Source: an uncultured Solirubrobacterales bacterium
GTDB taxonomy: Bacteria > Actinomycetota > Thermoleophilia > Solirubrobacterales > Solirubrobacteraceae
DNA length: 64,000 nt
Reading direction: 5' to 3'
Assembly: GCA_963830975.1 (NCBI GenBank)
Contig: CAWHOI010000004.1
Location: 532,924 to 596,923, forward strand
The translations under genes and the position numbers were made by a program. This document shows, one piece after another, positions 31,802 to 40,469 of the stretch. The notes beneath the pieces are model-generated. The model worked only from the letters and a program-made list of their open reading frames with translations. It was not told the DNA's origin and searched no databases. Each line of letters begins with the position of its first letter. Within the stretch, counting starts at the first letter, position 1.

Positions 31802-33245
31802 GCGGGCCAGCATGCGCGAGGGGCCCCTCGCCGCGCTCTTCCGCAAGACCGAGCAGGACAGCCGCGCGGCGCACCCGGCGCCGGAGGAGAGCGCCGAAGC
31901 GCCGAACGCTCCCGGCGAGCCGATCGATGCCGCCCCCGAGCCGTCGCACGAGCACGATGCGCCGCCTCCGCGCCACCCGCGCGAGAGCGGCGTGCCGCAC
32001 CCCGCCCTGAGCGTCGAGGAGGCCGCGACGTCCGTTCCGACTCCCCAGGAGCGCCTGCGGGCCGCGTTCAGCTCCGAGCTGCCCGAGGACATCCTCGAGC
32101 GCGAGCCGGCGCCCCACCATCCGATCGACGTCTACGCCCGCGCCGACTACAGCGAGCCGCAGCCCGGCTCGTCGCTGGGACAGCCGCGCCTGCGGGTCGT
32201 CGGCGTCGGCGGCGGGGGCGTCAACGCCGTAAACCGGATGGTCGAGGCCGGCGTGGCCGGCGTCGAGTTCCTTGCCGTCAACACCGACCTGCAGTCCCTG
32301 CAGCAGTGCACCGCCGATGTCACCGTGCACATCGGCGCCCAGGTGACCCGTGGCCTCGGCTCGGGAGCGAACGCCGAGCTTGGCAGGCTCGCGGCGATGG
32401 AGGAGTACGACAAGATCAAGTCGCTGCTCAAGGGCTCGGACATGATCTTCATCACGGCGGGCGAGGGTGGCGGCACCGGCACCGGCGCGGCCCCCGTGAT
32501 CGCGCGGATCGCGCGCGAGGTCGGCGCCCTGACGGTCGGCATCGTGACCAAGCCATTCGGCTTCGAGGGAACAAAGCGCGCGCAGCAGGCGGACGCCGGC
32601 ATCGAGGCGCTCGGAGCCGAGGTCGACACGCTGATCGTGGTGCCCAACAACCGGCTGCTGTCCGTGCTCGACAAGCAGACCTCGATGGTCGAGGCCTTCC
32701 GCGTCGCCGACGACGTGCTCCGCCAAGGCGTGCAGGGCGTGTCGGACCTCGTCACGCTGCCCGGACTGATCAACCTCGATTTCGCCGACGTGCGGACGGT
32801 GATGTCGGGCGCCGGCACGGCGCTGCTCGGCATCGGCATGGGGCACGGCGAGCACCGCGCAATCGAGGCTGCGACAGCCGCCGTCGCGTCGCCGCTGCTC
32901 GAGACCTCGATGGACGGTGCGCGTTCGATCCTGCTCTCGATCACCGGCGGCAGCGACCTCTCGCTGTGGGAGGTCAACGAGGCGGCCAAGGCAGTGAGCG
33001 AGGCGGCCCACCCTGACGCCAACATCATCTTCGGAGCGATGGTCGACGAGAACCTCGCCGACCAGGTTTGGGTGACCGTTGTCGCCACCGGTTACGCCGA
33101 CCGCGCGATTCGCCGGCCGCGCCGCCTCGACGAGCCGATCGGCGAGCCCCGCATCAAGCGCACCGCCGAGCCGCGTCCGGTCGCCGGACGCGCTCCGATC
33201 TCGGCCGCCTCACTCGACGTGCCCGAGTTCGTTCCCCGCGGTTAG
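31788..33245 (+). CDS. ftsZ: cell division GTPase FtsZ with a ~125-aa N-terminal extension
   Basis: Core motifs [39 protein letters not shown] and [11 protein letters not shown], plus the C-terminal peptide [10 protein letters not shown]. An AGGAGG at 31776-31781 lies 6 nt before the ATG, which sits 14 nt inside the parA-like gene. The alternative ATG at 31812 keeps the extension. Confidence 0.93.
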   Translation: MGAGKRASMREGPLAALFRKTEQDSRAAHPAPEESAEAPNAPGEPIDAAPEPSHEHDAPPPRHPRESGVPHPALSVEEAATSVPTPQERLRAAFSSELPEDILEREPAPHHPIDVYARADYSEPQPGSSLGQPRLRVVGVGGGGVNAVNRMVEAGVAGVEFLAVNTDLQSLQQCTADVTVHIGAQVTRGLGSGANAELGRLAAMEEYDKIKSLLKGSDMIFITAGEGGGTGTGAAPVIARIAREVGALTVGIVTKPFGFEGTKRAQQADAGIEALGAEVDTLIVVPNNRLLSVLDKQTSMVEAFRVADDVLRQGVQGVSDLVTLPGLINLDFADVRTVMSGAGTALLGIGMGHGEHRAIEAATAAVASPLLETSMDGARSILLSITGGSDLSLWEVNEAAKAVSEAAHPDANIIFGAMVDENLADQVWVTVVATGYADRAIRRPRRLDEPIGEPRIKRTAEPRPVAGRAPISAASLDVPEFVPRG

Positions 33246-33251
33246 GCGCGC

Positions 33252-33683
33252 ATGGGCCGTCGGACGGCTCGAAGGCTCCTCGCGTCGCTGTGCGCGACCG
33301 TCGCTCTCGTCACGGTGAGCGCCTGCGGGGGGCCGGCCGCTGACCTGTTCGCCGTTTTCCGCAGCGGCCGGGTCGCCGGGGCCGACGTGACGGTGATCCC
33401 GAGCGGCGACGGCACGGTGCGCTGCAACGGCCGTCGCCACGAGTTGCCCGATCCGCTGGTGATCACCGCCGAGAACCTCGCCGACGATCTGACCACGCCT
33501 GGGAGCAAGGGCGAGCACCTGCCCTCGGGCCCGCACCCCGTCTACACCTACGTGGTCTCGACGCCGTCGGGCACCTTCAGCTACAGCGACGAGTCCCCCC
33601 ACCAGGGCTCGACGCTCTACGCCCTGCAGTCCTGGGTGGCGACCGTCGTGCGCACCGTGTGCCACCTGAAGGCCGGCGCCTGA
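33252..33683 (+). CDS. putative lipoprotein
   Basis: MGRRTARRLLASLCATVALVTVSAC has a lipobox-like VSAC. The gene starts 6 nt after the ftsZ stop. Confidence 0.6.
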   Translation: MGRRTARRLLASLCATVALVTVSACGGPAADLFAVFRSGRVAGADVTVIPSGDGTVRCNGRRHELPDPLVITAENLADDLTTPGSKGEHLPSGPHPVYTYVVSTPSGTFSYSDESPHQGSTLYALQSWVATVVRTVCHLKAGA

Positions 33684-33704
33684 CCCGCGCGCGCAGGCGG
33701 GTCA
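33681..33704. terminator. hairpin spanning two convergent stop codons
   Basis: TGACCCGC-gcgcgcag-GCGGGTCA, an 8-bp stem. It includes the TGA of the lipoprotein gene and the TGA (complement) of the LON-domain gene. There is no U-tract. Confidence 0.35.
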
Positions 33705-34376
33705 GCCGAAGCGCACCTTGCCGTTCGACCGCGCCCGGGCCTGCGCCCGGTCGACGAATTCGAGGCGCTTGAGCGCTGCGCGCATCAGCCGCGCCAGCAG
33801 TCGCAGACGCGCGTTCTCCGAGCGCAGCTCGAGCAGACCCTGCTTGGCCTCCAGTCCGAAGTCGACCGTGGCAGCCATCTCGTAGGCGTCCATCGCGGCA
33901 AGCCGGTCGTCGTCCGGTTCGCTGTCGGTCGCCTCGCGCACGAGCGCCGCGTAGGCGTCGCGCGCCGACCCGACGGCGATCTCGTCCCGCTCCTCGTCGC
34001 GGTCGGTCAGGAACTCGACCGTGCCCGCGGGGTAGGCGAGGTCGTCCTGGCGCTCGATCAGGCGGAACGGTCGGGTGCCGCGGGTCAGGATGTTGATGCG
34101 ACCGTCGTCGAGGCGCTCCAGCACGCGCTCGATCGCGACCGCGCAGCCGACCGGCTTCAGCTCGTCATCGGCGAGCCAGACGATGCCCAGCTCACGCTCG
34201 CGCTCGAGGCACTCCTCGACCATCGTCCGGTAGCGAGCCTCGAATATGTGCAGCGGCACGTACTCGCTCGGCAGCGCGACGAGCGCGAGCGGAAAGAGGG
34301 GGAAATCGCGCTCGATCAGCTCGCTCATGCGCGTGGTCCGCGGGGCCGCGAACTTTGGCGGACTGTCATCGGCCAA
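33702..34376 (-). CDS. LON N-terminal substrate-binding domain protein
   Basis: FPLFPLALVALPSEYVPLHIFEARYRTMV..GCAVAI..DGRINILTRGTRPFRL. The start could instead be the ATG at 34328. Confidence 0.75.
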   Translation of the reverse strand: MADDSPPKFAAPRTTRMSELIERDFPLFPLALVALPSEYVPLHIFEARYRTMVEECLERERELGIVWLADDELKPVGCAVAIERVLERLDDGRINILTRGTRPFRLIERQDDLAYPAGTVEFLTDRDEERDEIAVGSARDAYAALVREATDSEPDDDRLAAMDAYEMAATVDFGLEAKQGLLELRSENARLRLLARLMRAALKRLEFVDRAQARARSNGKVRFG

Positions 34377-34483
34377 TTATGGAGCGCGCACGTCGCGGCA
34401 CCGCCGCTGGACGCCCAGACGCCCCGGCGCGCGGGCGGCGCGAGCGCGGCGCGAGTGGCTCGGCGCGACGCATCGGGCTGTCG

Positions 34484-35125
34484 TCAGGCGTCGTAGCGGA
34501 GCGCCTGCGGTGAGGAGCGCATCGCGATCACGCGGGCCGGCACGCCGCCGACGACGGAGTTCGCCGGCACGTCTCGCGTCACGACCGCGCCGGTCGCGAC
34601 CACGGCGTTGTCGCCGATCGTCACGCCCGGCAGGATGCTCGCACCGTGTCCCACCCACACGTTGTTGCCGACGCGGACCTCCCGCCGCTCGATGCCCTGC
34701 AGCCGGATCGGGCGCTCGACGTCGGCGATGGAATGGTCGAAGTCGATGATCATCGCGCGGTCGGCGATCATGCAGTCGCGTCCGATCGAGATGCGCTGGT
34801 AGCAGGTGACGGTGCACTCCTGGCCGATCACGCTCTTGGCGCCGAGGCTGAAGACGCCGTCGTGGATGCGCAGCTTCGTGCCGTTGCCGACCCACGACCA
34901 CCGCCCGAGCTCGATCACCGCCGGCCGGTCCACCTCGAGCGACGCGCCCGTGCAGATGAAGGCGACGCCGTCGAGCCGCAGACGGTCACGCAGGCGCAGC
35001 TTGTACCAGGCAAGGCGTGCGAATCGCCGCGCGTAGAGCGGGTTCGCCATCCCATGCGAGAGCACGAAGCGCACGAGCGTGAAGGCGCCGCCGCGCAGCG
35101 GGCGGATCGGTTCCGGCGGTGCCAT
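34484..35125 (-). CDS. hexapeptide-repeat acyltransferase (left-handed beta-helix)
   Basis: VGNNVWVGHGASILPGVTIGDNAVVATGAVVTRDVPANSVVGGVPARVI. Confidence 0.8.
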   Translation of the reverse strand: MAPPEPIRPLRGGAFTLVRFVLSHGMANPLYARRFARLAWYKLRLRDRLRLDGVAFICTGASLEVDRPAVIELGRWSWVGNGTKLRIHDGVFSLGAKSVIGQECTVTCYQRISIGRDCMIADRAMIIDFDHSIADVERPIRLQGIERREVRVGNNVWVGHGASILPGVTIGDNAVVATGAVVTRDVPANSVVGGVPARVIAMRSSPQALRYDA

Positions 35126-35175
35126 CGCGGCGCAATCGTAGAGCCCGCCCGCGGGCTGGCATGATCCCGACCCGG

Positions 35176-36123
35176 ATGGCGAAAACCGATCTTGCCCAGC
35201 GCCTGCTGACCGGCGATCGCAGAGCGCTCGCCCGCGCGATCACACTCGTCCAGGACGACGACCCGGCCGGACTCGCGCTGGTGCGCGAGGTCTACCCGCA
35301 CACCGGCGGCGCCGCGATAGTCGGATTCACCGGCCCGCCCGGAGCCGGCAAGTCGACGCTGATCGGCGCTTTGACGCGCCGCCGCCGCGCGCTCGGGCGC
35401 CAGATCGGAGTGCTCTCGATCGACCCCTCCTCGCCGTTCACCGGCGGCGCCGTGCTCGGCGATCGCATCCGCCTCGCGGAGCACTTCCTCGACCGCGGCG
35501 TGTTCATCCGCTCGATGGCGACACGCGGCGCGCTCGGCGGCCTGGCCGAAGCGGCGCTGCAGGCGACGCTGCTGATGGAGGCCGCCGGGCGGGAGGAGAT
35601 CTACCTCGAGACGGTCGGCGTTGGGCAGGCCGAGGTCGACATCGTCGACCACGCCGACAGCGTAGTGCTGGTTCTGGTCCCCGGATCCGGCGACTCGGTG
35701 CAGGCCCTCAAGGCGGGCGTGATGGAGATCCCGGACATCATCGTGGTCAACAAGGCCGACCACCCGCTCACGGACGTCCTGGTGCGCGAGCTTCGCGGAG
35801 CGCTCTCGCTCGCTCCGCCGAGCAGCTGGCAGGTCCCGATCCTGACAACCGAAGCGCTGGACGGCACCGGGGTCGAGCTGCTCGAGGCGGCGCTCGACGC
35901 GCACCGCGTCGAGCTCGAGCGGGCGGGCACGCTGCAGGAGCGACGGCGGCGCAACCTGCGCAACGAGGTGATCGAGATGGCGAGCTCGCGCATGCGTCGC
36001 GCACTCGAGCGGCGGCTGAGCGGCGATGAGGACTTCGAGCGCCTCCTCGACGATGTCGTTGCGCGCCGCCTGGACCCCGCCAGCGCGGCGGCCCGGATCA
36101 GCGAGGGCTCTTCAGGCGCCTGA
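35176..36123 (+). CDS. meaB: methylmalonyl-CoA mutase-associated G3E GTPase (MeaB/ArgK)
   Basis: RALARAITLVQDD, GPPGAGKST, DPSSPFTGGAVLGDR, ETVGVGQ, VVNKAD. I chose the ATG at 35176; 35161 and 35119 are also possible. Confidence 0.88.
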   Translation: MAKTDLAQRLLTGDRRALARAITLVQDDDPAGLALVREVYPHTGGAAIVGFTGPPGAGKSTLIGALTRRRRALGRQIGVLSIDPSSPFTGGAVLGDRIRLAEHFLDRGVFIRSMATRGALGGLAEAALQATLLMEAAGREEIYLETVGVGQAEVDIVDHADSVVLVLVPGSGDSVQALKAGVMEIPDIIVVNKADHPLTDVLVRELRGALSLAPPSSWQVPILTTEALDGTGVELLEAALDAHRVELERAGTLQERRRRNLRNEVIEMASSRMRRALERRLSGDEDFERLLDDVVARRLDPASAAARISEGSSGA

Positions 36124-36517
36124 CGAAGCGCAGGGCCGACCAGGTCTCGTCTATCGCGCAGACCTTGTTGTCGACCAGTCCGGTCGCAAGGAGGCTGCCG
36201 CGCACGATCTGATCGTCGAGCTCGCTCGGGACGCCCGAACTGCACTTCGGCCACGCGATCCACAGGCCGCCCCGCGGCTCGAGCGCTGCGATCAGGGCTC
36301 CCAGCCGACGCTCCAGCGGCGCACGCGAGTTCGCGAACTGGACGATCACGTCGAACGACCCGCCGCGCAGCCTGGTGTGCGGGGCAGGCACGTCCTCGAA
36401 GCACGCGAGGAAGCGCGGCGGAGCCGCCATGACCGCCACGCGCGTGGTCGCGCTGACACCGAGCTTGCGCAGCAGCGCAGCCGCCGCGGCCGGGTCCCCG
36501 GACGCTTCGGCGCTCAT
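36098..36517 (-). CDS. DUF3052-like protein
   Basis: 139 aa. GGLWIAWPK..GLVDNKVCAIDETWSALRF resembles the actinobacterial DUF3052 C-terminal pattern. It overlaps the meaB 3' end by 26 nt (convergent). Confidence 0.55.
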   Translation of the reverse strand: MSAEASGDPAAAAALLRKLGVSATTRVAVMAAPPRFLACFEDVPAPHTRLRGGSFDVIVQFANSRAPLERRLGALIAALEPRGGLWIAWPKCSSGVPSELDDQIVRGSLLATGLVDNKVCAIDETWSALRFVRRLKSPR

Positions 36518-36562
36518 CGACCGCCGCGCGGCGGTCGGAGCGGTCCTCGGTCGGTGCGGAGG

Positions 36563-36742
36563 CTACGCGGCGCTGTCGCGAACGGACGTCTCGACGACCG
36601 CGGTGAGGTCCTGCATCGCCCGTGCCAGCTCGCGCAGGTCGGAGCTCTCCGGGCTGTTCTCCTCGATCGCCCGGATCGCGCGCCGGATGCGCGCCAGCTC
36701 GGCGAGCGTGAGGTCACGCTGGGAAGGCGTGTCGGCGGGCAC
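36563..36742 (-). CDS. small helical hypothetical protein (59 aa)
   Basis: Only the last 59 codons of track ORF 36563..38593 show strong GC3 bias (VPADTPSQRDLTLAELARIRRAIRAIEE..). GTG start with a weak SD. Confidence 0.35.
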   Translation of the reverse strand: MPADTPSQRDLTLAELARIRRAIRAIEENSPESSDLRELARAMQDLTAVVETSVRDSAA

Positions 36743-36913
36743 GCCTCGATGGTAGCTCGGCCTCCGGGCGCTCGCCGCGCAGCTGGCCGGATATCCCGGA
36801 ACCACGCGAGCGCCGGCGGCGTCGGCCGGTTGACGCTGGGCGGACTCGATCGCTTCACGGGCTCGAAGAATAGGTCGCCCCGTGCTCGCGCTCCCCAAGA
36901 TCAGGACATGCCC

Positions 36914-36939
36914 GTTTCCCGCGTCGCCGCGAGGGGAAC
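36914..36939 (+). promoter_or_regulatory. candidate SigB/SigF-type promoter upstream of the DJ-1/PfpI gene
   Basis: GTTT (36914-36917), 16 nt, then GGGAAC (36934-36939), 41 nt before the ATG. It resembles the GTTT-N14-17-GGGTAT stress-sigma consensus with one -10 mismatch. Confidence 0.3.
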
Positions 36940-36979
36940 TCCACCAACGCGACACGTTCTCGAACGACGGAGGTGGAAG

Positions 36980-37573
36980 ATGGCATCGCAGCTCAACGGC
37001 AAGACGATCGCCTTCCTGGTTGCACAGGAGGGCGTGGAGGAGGTCGAGCTGACCGAGCCGCGCGAAGCGGTCGAGCAGGCCGGCGCGGTGACGCATCTGA
37101 TCGCGCCGGAGGCGGGCGAGGTTCAGGCCTTCAAGCACCTCGACAAGAGCCGGCGGTTCGCAGTGGACAGGACGCTCGATGAGGCGGAGGTCGACGACTA
37201 CGACGGGCTGGTCCTGCCAGGCGGCGTGGCCAACCCGGATCAGCTTCGCACCGACGGGCGGGCGATCGAATTCGTGCAGGACATGGTCTCCTCCGGCAAG
37301 CCGGTTGGGGTCATCTGTCACGGTCCGTGGACGCTGGTCGAGGCCGACCTCGTGCGCGGGCGCACGATCACCTCGTGGCCGTCGCTTCAGACGGACATCC
37401 GCAACGCCGGCGGCACGTGGGTCGATTCCGAGGTGGTCGTCGACGATGGCCTCGTCTCGAGCCGCAAGCCGGACGATCTCCCGGCGTTCTGCGCCAAGAT
37501 CGTCGAGGAGTTCGCGGAGGGCGTCCACCGCGCCGGCGCTGAGAAGGCGCGCGCGTCGACGTCCGGGCGCTGA
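36980..37573 (+). CDS. DJ-1/PfpI family type-1 glutamine amidotransferase-like protein
   Basis: GKTIAFLVAQEGVEEVEL..LVLPGGVANPD..PVGVICHGPW (nucleophile elbow Cys-His). A GGAGGTGG SD is present. Confidence 0.9.
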   Translation: MASQLNGKTIAFLVAQEGVEEVELTEPREAVEQAGAVTHLIAPEAGEVQAFKHLDKSRRFAVDRTLDEAEVDDYDGLVLPGGVANPDQLRTDGRAIEFVQDMVSSGKPVGVICHGPWTLVEADLVRGRTITSWPSLQTDIRNAGGTWVDSEVVVDDGLVSSRKPDDLPAFCAKIVEEFAEGVHRAGAEKARASTSGR

Positions 37574-37624
37574 GCGACGGACCGAGACGCCAGCCATCGC
37601 TACCCGGCGCCCGCCGAGCCGCCC

Positions 37625-37651
37625 GTTTCGCGCCGGCCGCGGCGCGGGTAG
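37625..37651 (+). promoter_or_regulatory. candidate SigB/SigF-type promoter upstream of the DUF892 gene
   Basis: GTTT (37625-37628), 17 nt, then GGGTAG (37646-37651), about 50 nt before the GTG start. Confidence 0.35.
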
Positions 37652-37699
37652 CTGGTGCGCGCATGGAGCCGAACAACACCGCAACCGAAAGGAGACGAG

Positions 37700-38206
37700 G
37701 TGCCGCTGAACACCCTCACAGACGTGTTCGCAGAGCAGATCGAGGATCTCTACAGCGCGGAGACGCAGCTGGTGGATGCGCTGCCCAAGGTGGCGTCGGC
37801 CGCGTCGGACGCGAAGCTGCGGGAGGCGATCGAGAATCACCTCGAGGAGACACGCGGCCACGCCGAGCGGCTCCGCAACATCCTCACCGACCTGGGCATC
37901 GACTCGCCCACGCAGAAGTGCGAGGGCATGGCCGGACTGCTCGCCGAGGGCGACGAGATCGCTCGCACCCCCGGGTCGGGTCCGGCGAAGGACGCCGCCC
38001 TGATCGCCGCCGCGCAGCGCGTCGAGCACTACGAGATCGCGGCATACGGCACGGCCCGCGCACTCGCCGGTGAGCTCGGCTACGAGGACGCGCGCGACAT
38101 GTTGAACGAGACGCTCGAGGAGGAGAGCCACGCGAACGAGCTGCTCACGCGGATCGCGACGGGCGGCCTGTTGCGTAGCGGCCTCAACGCGCAGGCCGGC
38201 AGCTAG
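37700..38206 (+). CDS. ferritin-like DUF892 (YciE/YciF family) stress protein
   Basis: LTDVFAEQIEDLYSAETQLVDALPKVA..HLEETRGHAERL..EHYEIAAYGT. AAAGGAGA SD before the GTG at 37700. Confidence 0.85.
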   Translation: MPLNTLTDVFAEQIEDLYSAETQLVDALPKVASAASDAKLREAIENHLEETRGHAERLRNILTDLGIDSPTQKCEGMAGLLAEGDEIARTPGSGPAKDAALIAAAQRVEHYEIAAYGTARALAGELGYEDARDMLNETLEEESHANELLTRIATGGLLRSGLNAQAGS

Positions 38207-38351
38207 CTCGGAGAGAGGGCAGCGGATCGCAGAGCGGGCCGCGGATGGATGTGCGCGATGCGAGGAACGCGATGGCGTCGGCGCGGAGCACGCCGGCGCC
38301 ATCGCCGCGCCCGCGCACCAGCAGGCCGACAACCCGACAGGAGGAGCTGAG

Positions 38352-38696
38352 ATGCCGCCTCGAGGCGTGAAGAAGGGCAGCAAACGCGGGCGCCAGTACG
38401 AGCACATCAAGGAGAGCCAGCTCGACCGGGGCGTTGCCGAGCCGCGGGCTGAGGAGATCGCGGCTCGCACCGTCAACAAGGAGCGCGCGCGCAGCGGCGA
38501 GTCGCGCACCCGCTCCCGCGTGTCCACCGATGACATCTCCTCGGGCCGCCGCGGCGGGCTGCGCTCCGGTCGACCCGGTCCGCGCGGACGCACCCGTGAG
38601 CAGCTCTACGAGGAGACGCGCCGGCTGGGCGTGCCGGGCCGCTCCAGCATGAGCAAGGCGCAGCTGCAGCGCGCAGTCGACGCACGGAAGAGCTGA
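38352..38696 (+). CDS. small basic protein with a C-terminal Rho_N/SAP-like motif
   Basis: 114 aa. TREQLYEETRRLGVPGRSSMSKAQLQRAV resembles the Rho N-terminal helix-extended-helix motif. AGGAGGAG SD. Confidence 0.55.
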   Translation: MPPRGVKKGSKRGRQYEHIKESQLDRGVAEPRAEEIAARTVNKERARSGESRTRSRVSTDDISSGRRGGLRSGRPGPRGRTREQLYEETRRLGVPGRSSMSKAQLQRAVDARKS

Positions 38697-38735
38697 GTCC
38701 GCGACGGGGTAGCTCGAGCGAGGCAACAACCCTTC

Positions 38736-38927
38736 ATGGACGATCTCTACTGCCCGGTCTGCCGGCTCGTCGTATCGCGGCGAGGAGCCGGACACCTGGC
38801 CCCGAGGCACTGCCCCCGCTGTGTCGCGCGCGCTCGACGTCTGATCGAGCTGTTGCCGCTGGACTGCCCGCCACCGCAGGCCGACTCCGGCCCGCAGGTC
38901 GATTCCGGGACGTCCCGCGGGAGCTAG
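38736..38927 (+). CDS. putative zinc-ribbon mini-protein
   Basis: 63 aa with a CPVC...CPRC pair. The coding status is uncertain. Confidence 0.3.
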   Translation: MDDLYCPVCRLVVSRRGAGHLAPRHCPRCVARARRLIELLPLDCPPPQADSGPQVDSGTSRGS

Positions 38928-39168
38928 AGACCTCGCTCTGGGGATGCCTCGGCCTCGCCTCGCTCGGCGTTCGAGCTACGGCGGGGCCGGCCTGCACAAC
39001 CGACCCCGCCCGTGCTCTTCCCTGGTGCCCGGCGGGGAAGGGAGAGGATCCGGGCCCCAGTCAACCCCGGGTTTCCCGCGCCCGCGGAATCTCAAACCTG
39101 CCGCGACGAACGACGCTCATCCCCCGCGGCTACCGACCACCGCCTGCGGCCATCCACCGCCGCTGCGG

Positions 39169-40311
39169 CTACGGGCCACCGACGGTGGCCGGCTGCACGG
39201 GCGGCTCCTCGCCGTGGTCCCAGCGGCGGACGCTGCGGCGCAGCGCGATGTAGCCGGCGATGCCGGGCAGCGTGGGCAGCCAGAAGGAGATCGCGCGATA
39301 GGCGAGCACGGCGATCAGCGCCTGTCCGGCTCCGATCCCGAACGCGACGAACGATCCGATCATTGCGCCCTCGACGCCGCCGATCCCGCCGGGCAGTGGC
39401 AGCAGGCTGCCGAGCGTGCCGAGGAAGTACCCCATCACGATGACCGCCACGGTGGGGTGTCCGCCGAACGCGCGGAAGCAGCATCCGAGCGCAGCGATGT
39501 CGAAACCCCAGTAGGCGACCGCTCCCAGCAGGCCGGGCCGGCGCTCGCGCAGCAGGTCGACGGCGGTTCGGGCCCCGGACCCCAGTGCCTCGGGCGCGGC
39601 GGCGATGCGCTCGATGATCGAACGCCACCAGCGCGGTCCTGTGTCGATCGCGCGCAGGCGACGCTCGGCGTCCGCCGGCAGCGCCATCGCCGACGCCATC
39701 AGACCCGCGAGCACCAGAGCGAGCAGCGCCGGTACGACGGTCAGCTCGAACGGCCCGCCGCCGGCCAGCACGCCCGCCGCGAGGGCGGCGCCGAACAGCA
39801 CGAGGGCGGCCAGGTAGACCGCGTACTGGAGGATCAGGTTGGCCACCATCCGACACGCGATCACGCGCGACTCGACGCCGGCCCGGCCGAGCGCCCATGC
39901 CGTCACCGCGACCCCTCCCGCGCCGGCTGCGGCCAGCAGCCGGATCGCGGCGATCCCGGCGAGCGGGATCTGGGCGCTGACGCGCCAGGTCAGGCGGGCC
40001 ACGTCCCGCGCCACGACCGTCCGGAACAGCACGACGTAGCCCGCGATCGAGAGCAGCTCCACACCGGCCGCGACGCCGAGCCAGACCGGGTCACCGTGCC
40101 GCAGGCGTCCCCATGTCTGATTGAGGCCGGCGAGCTTTGGCAGCAGCAGGTAGAGCCCCGCCAGCGTGAGGACGATGAGCCCGACCGTGAACGCCAGCCG
40201 GCGCCGGCTCGGCGTCCCGCCGAACGGACCGCCGCCGTGTCCCTCTCGGGTGTCTGAACTCGCCACGCCTCGCGTGTTTGAACTCGCCGCGGGCCGCTGG
40301 GGGGACGGCAT
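39169..40311 (-). CDS. flippase-like / lysylphosphatidylglycerol-synthase TM-region (UPF0104) family membrane protein
   Basis: About 8 TM helices and the conserved C-terminal part LGSLLPLPGGIGGVEGAMIG..LAYRAISFWLP. Start uncertain. Confidence 0.78.
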   Translation of the reverse strand: MPSPQRPAASSNTRGVASSDTREGHGGGPFGGTPSRRRLAFTVGLIVLTLAGLYLLLPKLAGLNQTWGRLRHGDPVWLGVAAGVELLSIAGYVVLFRTVVARDVARLTWRVSAQIPLAGIAAIRLLAAAGAGGVAVTAWALGRAGVESRVIACRMVANLILQYAVYLAALVLFGAALAAGVLAGGGPFELTVVPALLALVLAGLMASAMALPADAERRLRAIDTGPRWWRSIIERIAAAPEALGSGARTAVDLLRERRPGLLGAVAYWGFDIAALGCCFRAFGGHPTVAVIVMGYFLGTLGSLLPLPGGIGGVEGAMIGSFVAFGIGAGQALIAVLAYRAISFWLPTLPGIAGYIALRRSVRRWDHGEEPPVQPATVGGP

Positions 40312-40469
40312 CGTGCTCTCGAAGGTAGAGCGGACGCCCGACGTTTGACGCCGCGCGGCCGGCGCCGGTCGCTGTCGGCTTCCCTCGACGGGCTGATGCG
40401 CGGCGGCGGCGGCGCCACCGGGCGCCGCCGCTCGCCGCTCGCTCCCAGATTCGCGCTCGGGGCGCAGCT

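Noticed and set aside
36743-38593. Upstream ~615 codons of the 676-aa minus-strand ORF
   Set aside because: It is antisense to the DJ-1/PfpI and DUF892 genes. Only the last 59 codons show coding-type GC3 bias.
38928-39168. 240-bp convergent spacer with a few imperfect hairpins, considered as an sRNA or terminator cluster
   Set aside because: The stems are short and imperfect, there is no promoter-like motif, and I cannot support any call from the sequence alone.
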